Sequence record: MW879341.1
DNA length: 64,000 bases
Direction: 5' to 3' (one strand)
Shown here: positions 44,853-54,392 of the stretch, in pieces
How the letters are laid out: every line of letters starts with the position of its first letter
How positions within the stretch are numbered: the stretch's first letter is position 1
Made by a program: the position numbers and the translations under genes
Notes under the pieces: model-generated
Databases searched by the model: none
Told to the model about the DNA's origin: nothing
Seen by the model: the letters and a program-made list of their open reading frames with translations, nothing else

Positions 44853-46384
44853 AAAAAAACTGACATCATGTCAAGCGGCACGATGCGAGACTTAGGACCA
44901 TTGCCCTTCATCTGTAATGCACCGCACTTCGGACATGCGTAGTTTACATAACCCACGATCGCGATAGTAACCGCGTCGATATATTCACCGATGGCTTTAA
45001 GGAAAGTTGCCTTGATAGACTCTTTCGAACTGATACGTACGATTGAGGCTTCGATGGACACACGGTCTTCAATGCGAGTGGTGATACCCTTCTCATCCGT
45101 GATCTCAATGGCTTTAACCCAATGAGAATACTGACGACCTGCTGTGGTACGCGCAACGTCAGAGATGTGATCGTTACGTTCTTTACCGATCAGCGTTTGA
45201 CCGAAGGCTTCATCCGTATTACGAACAATAGTTTCAACCCAGCTGTAACCAGAGTTTTCATACTGTTCGATGTTCGGCGTTTCCAGTTCAACGGTAACGC
45301 GCTCGTTCAGCTTACGTACACGACCTTCAGTGTACAGGTCAAACTCAGACTGATATTCATCAATCTGTTCCTGACGAGTACGGCTGTTACGCAACGACAT
45401 CATGCGCTTCTGCTTGTCTGACAGTGAGGTACGATCTACCCACAGCAGTTTACCCAGGTCGATCATTGCTTCTACAACGTGGGTACACTTAGTCAGGTCG
45501 GCAACGCACGGCTGACGGTATGGATAACCGCCCGGATAGGTTGCAGTAACCATCGCCCAGATAATGGTCGGCAGGTCAGTGACACGGATGATTTTCTTCA
45601 GTGTCTCTGGGTTGTCGTTCGGTGCAGTCGTTGAATAAACGTGACGCATAATAAAGTTAACCAGATGGCCAACGATATACACAGACGTGTTGGAGAACAC
45701 CAGACCTTTAGTCATACGACCCAGGCTGACTTTCTCCTGAGCAATCTGACGTTCCAGTTCGTACAGGTCTACGTCATCCGCAGCCTTTACAGAGAACCAG
45801 ATGCCAGAGTGCCACAACGGAACCTGGATAACCGCACCCATACCGATAGCGCTGGTCACACGGTTCAGTGCGTCTTCACCCGTTAACAGTTCACCGCCAG
45901 TAACTGGCAGGCGTTGAGAGCGTGCGCCTAATGTAGCGTCATCGACTTGGAGTCTCTGAGTCCACTCACGCGTACCCGCAGTTACAGTAGACTCAAAGCG
46001 GTCGTGAATATCGCCAGTACGGAAATAGTTACCGTAGGCGTCTTCTACCGCTTCAATCCATTTGGACTGGTCTTGCGGGTTATCAAATTTACCGTCCTGC
46101 TGGTTTGTCAGCTTAGCTACGGTATCACGAATGGTACCGAACAGCAGATTCAGTGGTGGCAATTTACGAACTTCGTCATCAGTGCGCTTGAATCCACGGA
46201 ACTGATCCTGAGGCTCCACAACCGATGAAGTCACAGGAGTCTCAGCGTACAACTCCTCATCTGCTACTTCGTCAGTAGGAACCAGAGGCTGCTGAGCAAC
46301 CTCTTCAAATTGTGGTGGAATCACAGCATCTTGGTCATCGTCTTTAAACGAATCAGGAGCCTGTGCATTCTCTTCGTTAACCAT
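44798..46384 (-). CDS. phiKZ gp77-like conserved protein, putative tail/baseplate assembly chaperone ('G' part; T4 gp26-like Zn motif)
   Basis: Acidic N-terminus; PCVADLTKC and YACPKCG Cys pairs; GGAG SD. Confidence 0.7.
   Translation of the reverse strand: MVNEENAQAPDSFKDDDQDAVIPPQFEEVAQQPLVPTDEVADEELYAETPVTSSVVEPQDQFRGFKRTDDEVRKLPPLNLLFGTIRDTVAKLTNQQDGKFDNPQDQSKWIEAVEDAYGNYFRTGDIHDRFESTVTAGTREWTQRLQVDDATLGARSQRLPVTGGELLTGEDALNRVTSAIGMGAVIQVPLWHSGIWFSVKAADDVDLYELERQIAQEKVSLGRMTKGLVFSNTSVYIVGHLVNFIMRHVYSTTAPNDNPETLKKIIRVTDLPTIIWAMVTATYPGGYPYRQPCVADLTKCTHVVEAMIDLGKLLWVDRTSLSDKQKRMMSLRNSRTRQEQIDEYQSEFDLYTEGRVRKLNERVTVELETPNIEQYENSGYSWVETIVRNTDEAFGQTLIGKERNDHISDVARTTAGRQYSHWVKAIEITDEKGITTRIEDRVSIEASIVRISSKESIKATFLKAIGEYIDAVTIAIVGYVNYACPKCGALQMKGNGPKSRIVPLDMMSVFLTLQRHKIDQALKDLNAI
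44852..44858 (-). promoter_or_regulatory. predicted -1 ribosomal frameshift heptamer T TTT TTG
   Basis: In the correct reading phase (Phe-Leu codons) near the end of the upstream ORF; same heptamer as phage P2 E/E'. Confidence 0.65.
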
Positions 46385-46387
46385 GCG

Positions 46388-46846
46388 TTACTCCTGGGGT
46401 GCTTTCAAACGCTCGCGGGCAGCAGCCAGCTGCTCCAAGGCGGGATTAATGTAATTGCCGACTTCACGGGTAAATGACTGAAGCCACTCCTCATACTCGC
46501 GACTGGTCGCCAGTACTTGCATAATATTGTTGCCATCGATGCGCTTGGTACGTGCGGCTTTGTCACGCTGCACCACACCGTCCAGACGTTTAGTTAAACG
46601 TTCCAGGTTAGCGGCGACTTTCATGCAGCGATCTGTGAAGGAGGAGAGGTCGTCGATTTGTTTCATCAACTCGACATTACGAATCTCAACTCCTAATTGT
46701 GTGCAAGTTGCTATAAGTGAAAGACAATGTTGGTGCATGCGATCCAGTTCGTGATACGACTGGGTGGTGTCCGCTTTAGACATGCGGGGCATTGTGTTGT
46801 TCTGGCGTGACATCTGCGTTTCCTTTGTTATAGCAATTTTAGTCAT
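46388..46846 (-). CDS. helical/coiled-coil hypothetical protein
   Basis: 152 aa, co-oriented with the gp77-like gene. Confidence 0.65.
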   Translation of the reverse strand: MTKIAITKETQMSRQNNTMPRMSKADTTQSYHELDRMHQHCLSLIATCTQLGVEIRNVELMKQIDDLSSFTDRCMKVAANLERLTKRLDGVVQRDKAARTKRIDGNNIMQVLATSREYEEWLQSFTREVGNYINPALEQLAAARERLKAPQE

Positions 46847-46888
46847 AGATTTTAATACCCCAGTAAGAAAATACTTTAAGGAGTACCT

Positions 46889-47746
46889 ATGTTCGACGAG
46901 CTTGACTTCTTTCTAAGTCAACGCACCAACGAGTATAGGACGGGCTTTTTGATCGAAGCAGTGCAGAAATGTTTCGATGCAAGAGGAACGTCCATTCTCG
47001 ATGCGGTGACTGACTTAGTACACGGTATGGTGGAAACACCCACTGATGATGCTCTGGACCGTATCACGCATTTTGTCCTAGATAACCTGGATGCTTCTCT
47101 GAAAGAATTCAGTGTGGTCATCGTAGACAGTGCGTTGGTCGGTGAGCAGATCCCACTCCTGACTGAGATCTTAGATACACTCTTGATCGCTGACCGCTAT
47201 GAAGACCCAGAAGCTCTGATTGCGATTGTCGACAGTGCTGAGTCTACAGAAGATGCGTTGGCTGAGATTGTTGAAGAGATCTCAGGTCCTGTGGCTGAGT
47301 TGGTATTGGATGTAGTCGAGTCCGTCCAACCTGAGTTACTGGAGCGCGTGGTTATCGAGAACACCAAACGCATGGCCTCGTTCGAATCTATGCAACCAAT
47401 GGATACCAGTATCGATAAGCGTCGTGCTGTTGTTGAGCGCGTTAAGCACTCAGAACATTACGATCGCGAAGGTCCGGTGGAATCGAAATTAGCCATCAGC
47501 GGTTTGTTCAACCAAGAACCACTGACTATCGTTCAATCGTTGGGTGACACCCTGGATGAAGTCCGTGGTGAACTATTGGCTAAAGCCTGTTATCAAATTG
47601 CTATGTGTTCTAACGTAGCTTCAAACGCTGTCGTTGGTACCGCCAAAATCGTCGCAGAATCACTCCTGCGCGAAGCTGATCCCGTTGAGCTACAGAAGGT
47701 CGCTTTCTTACTCAATCGCTTCCCAGCGCCTTCTGTGGAGGTTTAA
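46889..47746 (+). CDS. acidic conserved core protein (gp79-like by position)
   Basis: AAGGAG SD; precedes the virion RNAP subunit. Confidence 0.65.
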   Translation: MFDELDFFLSQRTNEYRTGFLIEAVQKCFDARGTSILDAVTDLVHGMVETPTDDALDRITHFVLDNLDASLKEFSVVIVDSALVGEQIPLLTEILDTLLIADRYEDPEALIAIVDSAESTEDALAEIVEEISGPVAELVLDVVESVQPELLERVVIENTKRMASFESMQPMDTSIDKRRAVVERVKHSEHYDREGPVESKLAISGLFNQEPLTIVQSLGDTLDEVRGELLAKACYQIAMCSNVASNAVVGTAKIVAESLLREADPVELQKVAFLLNRFPAPSVEV

Positions 47747-47749
47747 TAG

Positions 47750-49066
47750 ATGAAACCGTTAGAGTTCTTTAAGGCGGCTTGTAAAGCAGGTCGCTATCGT
47801 GAGAAAGCCTGGGTGTTCTCAGTCTTTGGTTGCCAGCTTACTAAAGATGAAGCGCTACTCACCGGTAAGGAATGGGATATCCATCGTATTGATGGTGTTC
47901 CTTATTGGGTCGACGCCGATGGAGAACATCAGGAGTTCACAGATTTCACCGAAGAGAAAAATATCCCACTGTTGGACCCACGGGAAGATATCTCTTTGGA
48001 GCCAGGAGATATCCCTAACCTGGCTGAGGCAGTGGAGACCACCGTTGGTAACTACTTCCTTAACTGGTACTGTCTGGTTCACTCGATGGGTAACAAAGTT
48101 CCGTTCCAATTGGGTGAGATCTCTGTTAAGAAGATCCTCAAGGTAATCAAACCCCTGTTCACCAACGACATCGTCAACCCTGATGGTAGTCTAAACATCG
48201 ATGCACAAGACCCAACGCTGATCTATGTGCATGAGTACGTTGCCTTCGTACGTAACACTGCTGCAACGGCAGGCTTTGTAGAAGTCAGCGTACCGTCTGC
48301 TACGCCATTTACGGCAACCGTGTCTCCAACGATCAAACCACTGCGTGAGAAATTGTTCAAGCAATACGAAGGACAACTCAACGATCCAACAGTGATTGCA
48401 AAGATCGAGAAAGAACTGATCGCTGAAGATAAGAAATGGATTGAGCAAGATCCAGACCGTGGATTCTACATCAAAGGTAAGTCCTTTAACGTTAACCGTA
48501 AGAAACTCTTCCTGATGGGTGGTATCGAAGAGAGCTTCAACGGTGACGGCACTTACACACTGGTTAAGACCAGTCTAAGTGAAGGGATGCGTGTCGAGAA
48601 TATGCCGGCTATGATCAACACCATGCGTGGTGGTGCCTACTCTCGTGGTGCACTGACGGCGCTAGGTGGTGAGGCGGTTAAGTTCTTCCAGCGTGTACTA
48701 CAGAACGCCACAGTTGCTGCGGAAGATTGCGGTGTGACTTACGGTATCCCGTATCCAGTTAACGCGGATAACCACGAAACACTGAAAGGTCGTTACCACA
48801 CCGTTAGTGGTGAAACCGTCGCTATTGGGGAAGACACCAAAGCGTTTATCGGTAAAATCATTAACCTGCGCTCGCCGATGGTTTGTAAGTTAGGTCACAC
48901 TGACTACTGTGCGAAGTGTATGGGTGATGAAGTTGCACGCTCACCAACTGGTCTGTCTGCGATGGGTAGTATCATGGGTAGTATCTTTATGGATTCCATG
49001 ATGCAGGCAACTCACGGTTCAGCACTGACGGTAGTAGACTACGACGCATTAGAACTGATTGCGTAA
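47750..49066 (+). CDS. virion RNAP beta' middle subunit (phiKZ gp80-like)
   Basis: Bridge-helix-like RGGAYSRGALTALGGEAVKFFQR, AEDCG, and Zn motif RSPMVC...YCAKCMG. Confidence 0.88.
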   Translation: MKPLEFFKAACKAGRYREKAWVFSVFGCQLTKDEALLTGKEWDIHRIDGVPYWVDADGEHQEFTDFTEEKNIPLLDPREDISLEPGDIPNLAEAVETTVGNYFLNWYCLVHSMGNKVPFQLGEISVKKILKVIKPLFTNDIVNPDGSLNIDAQDPTLIYVHEYVAFVRNTAATAGFVEVSVPSATPFTATVSPTIKPLREKLFKQYEGQLNDPTVIAKIEKELIAEDKKWIEQDPDRGFYIKGKSFNVNRKKLFLMGGIEESFNGDGTYTLVKTSLSEGMRVENMPAMINTMRGGAYSRGALTALGGEAVKFFQRVLQNATVAAEDCGVTYGIPYPVNADNHETLKGRYHTVSGETVAIGEDTKAFIGKIINLRSPMVCKLGHTDYCAKCMGDEVARSPTGLSAMGSIMGSIFMDSMMQATHGSALTVVDYDALELIA

Positions 49067-49078
49067 TAGCTATTATAT

Positions 49079-49150
49079 GTAAAAGTTATCATCGTAATAC
49101 ACGTATTCGTGGGAGAGTCGTTGCTTACCGACCTCCCACACTTTTTTCTT
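49079..49150 (+). ncRNA. candidate small RNA or terminator element
   Basis: Follows TAGCTATTATATG (49067-79). Hairpin gtgggag-a-gtcg/cgac-ctcccac followed by a T run. Confidence 0.35.
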
Positions 49151-49211
49151 ATGCCGTGTGTAATGTTATGGAAGTACTTTATTTCATATCCCACGTTGGA
49201 GTTAAACCGAA

Positions 49212-49679
49212 ATGTCAGAATCAGTTGAAGAAGTTAGTCTCGGTGTAAGCTCCCTGCTCGCACAGATCGAAAGCTACTGTGCTCAGATGGCCCCAGGCAA
49301 ACGCCTGACCGAAGATCAGATCAACATGCAGCAGAAAGGTCTCTACCTTCTGTTGTCTCAGGTCTTGAAGCAAGAGTCCTACAAAGACTTCACTGATGCC
49401 TTCTTAGGTACTGTGGATCTCTTTAAACGCTACCGTGAAGGTGCGTTGTCGACTTCCCTGGTATCACGCAACCATTACAGCGTTCGTCTGTCTACAGACC
49501 AGCGTCGTGATTTCTCTGCGTGGGTTAACGTGTTTGTTATTATGGCCAACGACCAACTGCGTCGTAACCTGATTAAACAGACCGACCCATACAAAGCGTT
49601 TCGTGCACTGGATGAAGTTCAGCAGGAACGTGCGGTAGGTTTTATCAAATCATTACTGGTAGCAGAGCAACAGGCATAA
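49212..49679 (+). CDS. conserved helical hypothetical protein
   Basis: GGAG SD; high-expression codons. Confidence 0.7.
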   Translation: MSESVEEVSLGVSSLLAQIESYCAQMAPGKRLTEDQINMQQKGLYLLLSQVLKQESYKDFTDAFLGTVDLFKRYREGALSTSLVSRNHYSVRLSTDQRRDFSAWVNVFVIMANDQLRRNLIKQTDPYKAFRALDEVQQERAVGFIKSLLVAEQQA

Positions 49680-49724
49680 CTACCCCTACCCTCCACCGTT
49701 TGGTGAGGGGTAGGAGTTTATGCC
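49673..49724. terminator. bidirectional terminator with GGCATAA/TTATGCC flanks
   Basis: Long imperfect inverted repeat between convergent genes. Confidence 0.8.
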
Positions 49725-49740
49725 GTAATGTTAGAAACGA

Positions 49741-50739
49741 TTACAGGTCAGGTGTGGTTGCACCTTGAGATGCGTAGACTTCGTCGAGTGCCGCTTTACC
49801 TACAGCGCAAGCATCGTCCAGTGCGTTGTTAGGCACTACACCTAACTCATCCACGATCTGTACGTGTGGAGTCTGACCGCGCTCGAAACCACCGGCAGCT
49901 TCAACCACTGCTACCGCTTCTGGTGAGTGTGCTTCTTTAAAAGCCTGAGTCAGTTCAGAAACCGTCTGTTCTGGATTGTCGTTGTTCTCATCCAGTTCGA
50001 TACGCAGTGTTTTATCTTCAGCGGTAGGCTCAGCGTTGAAGCCTTTCACAATGCCAGTACCCGCAGACTTATCGAGTGCGAGTTGACCGACTTCCTGTTC
50101 TGCTGCTTCCAGTGGATCTACAGGCAGTTCGTAGTAGGTCAGCCAATAACCCTGGCAACCAATGTGGATCATGTCTTTGGTGAAGTTAGGTTTCACCGCC
50201 TGGCCAGTACGCAGGTTGATACCCATAACTGCCAAAGGCTGTGTAATGGCGAATGGATAGCTAACAGCACCACCGGTTGTGAAGCCCCACACTACACCGC
50301 GTTTGGTAACGGGGTTGAATGCGAAGTCAGTATCGATCTTACCACCGTGTGCACCCACTGCTGCCAACACCATACCACCCAGACGAGGTTCGAACCCACA
50401 GTCTTTCAGAGTACGACCCAGCGTGGACAGTAAACGTTCTGCTGCTAACTTACGGTTAGCTTTCAACTTGGCTTTGTCACGGGCAGCTTGCTCACGATCT
50501 GAAACCTTCGGCGTGACTGGGGTGGAGTCAGAGATAGGCTTACCCTCTTCATCAACCAGGAGTGTGTAACCAACACCGGTTGGTCCGATGATAGGTGGTA
50601 CGCTACCGTCCTTATCAAACGCCGTATCCGCTTTAGCAGCGACATCACCAATGATTGGAGTTACTGCCATCGCTTTGGCGACGTCTGGGATGAATGGAGC
50701 TTCGTCGATGAAAGTCAGTTTGTTTTCTTGCTGTTCCAT
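49741..50739 (-). CDS. hypothetical protein with low-complexity termini
   Basis: ATG at 50739 (MEQQENK) with AGGT SD is preferred over the track's TTG at 50895. Confidence 0.65.
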   Translation of the reverse strand: MEQQENKLTFIDEAPFIPDVAKAMAVTPIIGDVAAKADTAFDKDGSVPPIIGPTGVGYTLLVDEEGKPISDSTPVTPKVSDREQAARDKAKLKANRKLAAERLLSTLGRTLKDCGFEPRLGGMVLAAVGAHGGKIDTDFAFNPVTKRGVVWGFTTGGAVSYPFAITQPLAVMGINLRTGQAVKPNFTKDMIHIGCQGYWLTYYELPVDPLEAAEQEVGQLALDKSAGTGIVKGFNAEPTAEDKTLRIELDENNDNPEQTVSELTQAFKEAHSPEAVAVVEAAGGFERGQTPHVQIVDELGVVPNNALDDACAVGKAALDEVYASQGATTPDL

Positions 50740-50895
50740 TGTTTCAATACCTAGTGGTGAATGTCTCCAAGGTTGGAGTACATTTTTGTATGGATTACTG
50801 ACAGCGATCGTAAAGTCGTTGTCACGCTTTAAAGGCAATTTGGGTAACTCATCGATCATAATCAGTCCTAGGGGTGTCACCACCCCGTTGAGCAA

Positions 50896-52593
50896 TTAGA
50901 ACAACGCTTCGAGTTCACGGAAGTTAGGTAAACCGTAAATCTCATTGCAGAACTGTGCCGCATTAACATAACCGCCGATGATATTAATACCATTAGCACG
51001 CTGTACTGTTTCTGGAATACCCTCAATGCGAGAGAGTTCACGATACGTTGTCTCTTTGGACAAGTTCATTACCAGTTCACCGTTTGGATAACTACCCTCT
51101 ACGTCTAAGTCGGCTACGTGAGCACGAATCAGCGTGATGTGGTTAGGCATACCTTTAATGCAGCGTAAGCCGTTATCGATAACCAGGTGTGATGGTAAGG
51201 TCACGATCCAGTCATTCATGCCGAGCACGAGTTTATCCAGTGGGTCATCACCCATCTGGTCTGACGTCGTACCAAACACACGACCATGCTCCTGTGCAAA
51301 GAACTCCAAGTCATCTGACAGACGGCGTGGGGTAGACGGGAACCTGGCGTACTCTGAGTGACCACAGAGTAAAGAGATCGTTTGTGAGAGATCGTGAGTT
51401 TTGGCGTCGAGTTCTTCCAGAGAGACTGTATCGAATAAGTTATATACCGAGTATTCGATAGGATACTCTTTCTGAAGGAATTGGTGCCAACGAAGTCCGC
51501 TGAGGTGATCTGCCTCTTCGAACTTCAACTTACGAATACCCAGTTCTTTATTCAGAATGTAGTCAAGTGCATAACTACGTTCGTTACCACCTACCACACG
51601 GATACGCTTGTAAACACACATCGCATCTACAAAGTAGAAGCTGGAGAAACACTCCATCGTGTGCCACTGTTCAGCAGGGTGTAAGGCCATCGTCTTACCA
51701 GAAGCTGTGACCTTCTGTGATTTCCCTGGTTTCCAACGAGCGTGTCGATACTTAGCAGGTACGCATGGGTCGCTAAAGACATCAGCTGGATCTTTGCCCG
51801 CATCCTGAATACAACGGATGATTTTGGGCAAGTCGAACGCAATGTTCCAGATACTTACAAAGTCAGGTTTCCAGAGATGCAGTAGTTTAAAGGCAGCGTC
51901 AATACATTCAAACGCAGTATCGAATACGGCGAAGATAACCTCAGCGTCCCACTTCTTAATGTAGTCACCAACTAACACAGTGGTTTTCTTGTGGAACTTC
52001 TCTTCCAGGTTCTGTGTGGTTCCGTAGAAGCTACGAACACCAAACACAGCTTTGTGCTTACCGTGACTCACCGAGATCATTACTGGCTTTGATCCATCAC
52101 CATTAACAACGTCGGTCTCTATATCGAGTGGTGCCACAGAGTTTTCTGTAACGGCATCTGGCCACTGTTGCTGATACCAGTTCTTAACCAATACCGGTGT
52201 AGTGGTGTCACACCCGTAGATATACTGGTTACGCAGAATCTGACGTAAAGGTAAGTGCGCATTGCCGTAGCCTAACGCACGTACAATACTGCGACCTAAA
52301 CGAATCTGTGTAGACGTATAGCGCTGTACTTTATTCAGGTCTTCGAACTCTTTCTTATCCTTGTGATTGCGAAAACCTTCTTTGGTAATAAAGAACGGAC
52401 GCTTGTAGTTCTCACGTAAATACACGTTATTACGGAACGTGTCGTCAACCAGGTGAATACGTTCCTTTACAAACAACGCATCATCCAGTTCACCCGTCAC
52501 AGCCTCTGAATAAAGGATATGCTTCGCCTCACGTCCTTTAATCATGGCAGATGGGATAAACTCACCTGACGATAATGTAATGCCCTCACTCAT
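50896..52593 (-). CDS. family-B DNA polymerase exonuclease/motif-A subunit (phiKZ gp82-like)
   Basis: ExoI DIET, ExoII WNIAFD, ExoIII YNLFD, and polB motif A DVEGSYPN. Confidence 0.9.
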   Translation of the reverse strand: MSEGITLSSGEFIPSAMIKGREAKHILYSEAVTGELDDALFVKERIHLVDDTFRNNVYLRENYKRPFFITKEGFRNHKDKKEFEDLNKVQRYTSTQIRLGRSIVRALGYGNAHLPLRQILRNQYIYGCDTTTPVLVKNWYQQQWPDAVTENSVAPLDIETDVVNGDGSKPVMISVSHGKHKAVFGVRSFYGTTQNLEEKFHKKTTVLVGDYIKKWDAEVIFAVFDTAFECIDAAFKLLHLWKPDFVSIWNIAFDLPKIIRCIQDAGKDPADVFSDPCVPAKYRHARWKPGKSQKVTASGKTMALHPAEQWHTMECFSSFYFVDAMCVYKRIRVVGGNERSYALDYILNKELGIRKLKFEEADHLSGLRWHQFLQKEYPIEYSVYNLFDTVSLEELDAKTHDLSQTISLLCGHSEYARFPSTPRRLSDDLEFFAQEHGRVFGTTSDQMGDDPLDKLVLGMNDWIVTLPSHLVIDNGLRCIKGMPNHITLIRAHVADLDVEGSYPNGELVMNLSKETTYRELSRIEGIPETVQRANGINIIGGYVNAAQFCNEIYGLPNFRELEALF

Positions 52594-52670
52594 GCTGGTT
52601 CCTCTCCACTTTCAGCGTATGTCTCTAAATGATATGGACTCGCTGTAATTTATTATTAAGAGGTGTTGTG

Positions 52671-53942
52671 ATGAGCAAACCAAGCTCTCTTTTGAATATC
52701 TCTGTCGAAGCGTTGTACGGCTACAACAACAAACTGCTGGCCAGCAACCTGACAGAATGCATCAATAGCTTTAAAGAAGACGGTAACGGCGTTGCCTTGA
52801 TTGAAGAACTCTCACGCATCGCTGTTGTATTCTTCAATATCAACGCGGTGACTGAGATCGTTGATTCTCGTATACCGGCGCAAGTCGTTCACGGTCAAAT
52901 TGAGATTCCTTCCCTTGTTACCTACAAGGCTAAGAAATACTCAGACTCCGAGCACACTCAACAGAAAGCAGTTGCTGAGATTCTGAAGATTGCTAACGGT
53001 TGGTTTGATCGTAAGACTCTGAAGTGTGGTGGCGTATTTGCTGAACTGCCGGTCTATGTCCTGATTTCCCGTGACATGTCTGGCTACACTACTGATGAAA
53101 TCGCAGTAGCGTGGTTGCATGAGATTGGACACTATCTCGGTTACGCCGACATCGTCACTAGCCAGTTCACTATGTTCGGTGTGATGGATTCACTGGTACG
53201 TGGTGTTCGTGGCGCTGGTAGCAATATCGCTGCTGTCGATTTCGTACAGTCTGTCTCTGGTAAGTTCGGTATCCAGATTTCTGATGCTGAAGAACTGAAG
53301 GCAATGTCTGATGACGACGCGATGCGTCTGAAACTCTACGACGACATTCGTGGTAGTGCAAACTCAGCGTTCGCTAACGTGACCAACCCGAAACAGTTGG
53401 AGTATATCGCTGACGAATTACCGGCAGCTGTGCTCGGTCCTCGTGTTGCTGCTGTAGCGTTGTCTAAGATTCTGTCTAAGACATCCCACCCCGCCTATCA
53501 GAGTTCCGCTGTGTTCTATGGTCGCACCGTGCTGTCACTCTGTGTCATCATCTTTGGTGCCGCCACGGCTATCGCCCCTATCGCAGGTGTTGGCGCTGTG
53601 TTGTTTGCCATCAATGCCATCCGTGGCACGCAGCCCGATACCCACCCGTCGCCAGTTCAACGTTTACAGCGTTTCCGTTCGCTGTTGTTGAGCGACGCTA
53701 AGTCACCTGAGCTTACTCGTCAGCAGGCGTTAGACATCGCCGCAGACGTGGACCTCATCGATGGTGAGTTGTCCAAACTGTCCACATGCAATAAAAGTCT
53801 ACTGGACTTCATGATGGATATGTTTAGCGACACGCGTAAAAGTAACCGTAAGGTCGAAGCATACGAAAGTATCACTACCGACCTGCAAAACAATCCACTG
53901 TATCTCCGTGCCGCACAACTCCGCGCCACTAAGGATTATTAA
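52671..53942 (+). CDS. virion head protein with M48-like zinc-metalloprotease motifs
   Basis: HEIGH, EYIAD and THPSPVQRL motifs; hydrophobic segments; SVE prohead-protease-type site near the N-terminus; AGAGGTG SD before ATG 52671. Confidence 0.65.
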   Translation: MSKPSSLLNISVEALYGYNNKLLASNLTECINSFKEDGNGVALIEELSRIAVVFFNINAVTEIVDSRIPAQVVHGQIEIPSLVTYKAKKYSDSEHTQQKAVAEILKIANGWFDRKTLKCGGVFAELPVYVLISRDMSGYTTDEIAVAWLHEIGHYLGYADIVTSQFTMFGVMDSLVRGVRGAGSNIAAVDFVQSVSGKFGIQISDAEELKAMSDDDAMRLKLYDDIRGSANSAFANVTNPKQLEYIADELPAAVLGPRVAAVALSKILSKTSHPAYQSSAVFYGRTVLSLCVIIFGAATAIAPIAGVGAVLFAINAIRGTQPDTHPSPVQRLQRFRSLLLSDAKSPELTRQQALDIAADVDLIDGELSKLSTCNKSLLDFMMDMFSDTRKSNRKVEAYESITTDLQNNPLYLRAAQLRATKDY

Positions 53943-54349
53943 TGTCACTGTCAGTTGTAGAAAAAGCCCAGTCCGTTATTGTTGAGTCTGCACCAGACTG
54001 CGAGACCGAACTGGTACTGTCGAAAGCGGTAGGTATCGCTATTGCCATGGCAACTCCGATGGACCTCGGTGAGATCACTGAACTGAACCTGTTCAACCGT
54101 TCAGAACTGATCAACAAGATCAACAGCTATGAGAAATCATTCCAGTTGATCTCTGCCTGTAACGATGTCTGCCTGCTGTGTGTAGAAACCGCAGTACGTG
54201 CATTCACTCAGGCAATGCAATTCCGCATGCAGTTGGTTAAAGGTGACTCTCGCGCACTCGTTGGTGTTAACGCCTATATGTTCGATAACACTGTGTCAAC
54301 CGCTGCCGGCTTGATGGTCGATGACTTCAAAGCCTATTTCAAAAACTAA
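53942..54349 (+). CDS. hypothetical (likely virion) protein
   Basis: AAGGA SD; coupled to the upstream gene. Confidence 0.6.
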   Translation: MSLSVVEKAQSVIVESAPDCETELVLSKAVGIAIAMATPMDLGEITELNLFNRSELINKINSYEKSFQLISACNDVCLLCVETAVRAFTQAMQFRMQLVKGDSRALVGVNAYMFDNTVSTAAGLMVDDFKAYFKN

Positions 54350-54392
54350 CACTTGGGGGAGTTAGCTCCCCCGCCTATTCGGTATAACGATA

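Noticed and set aside
50740-50898. Stop-codon read-through fusing the polymerase exonuclease subunit to the next ORF (in-frame TTG right after TAA)
   Set aside because: The interval contains a ggggtg-GTGA-cacccc terminator-like hairpin, and a better SD+ATG exists at 50739. It is most likely intergenic.
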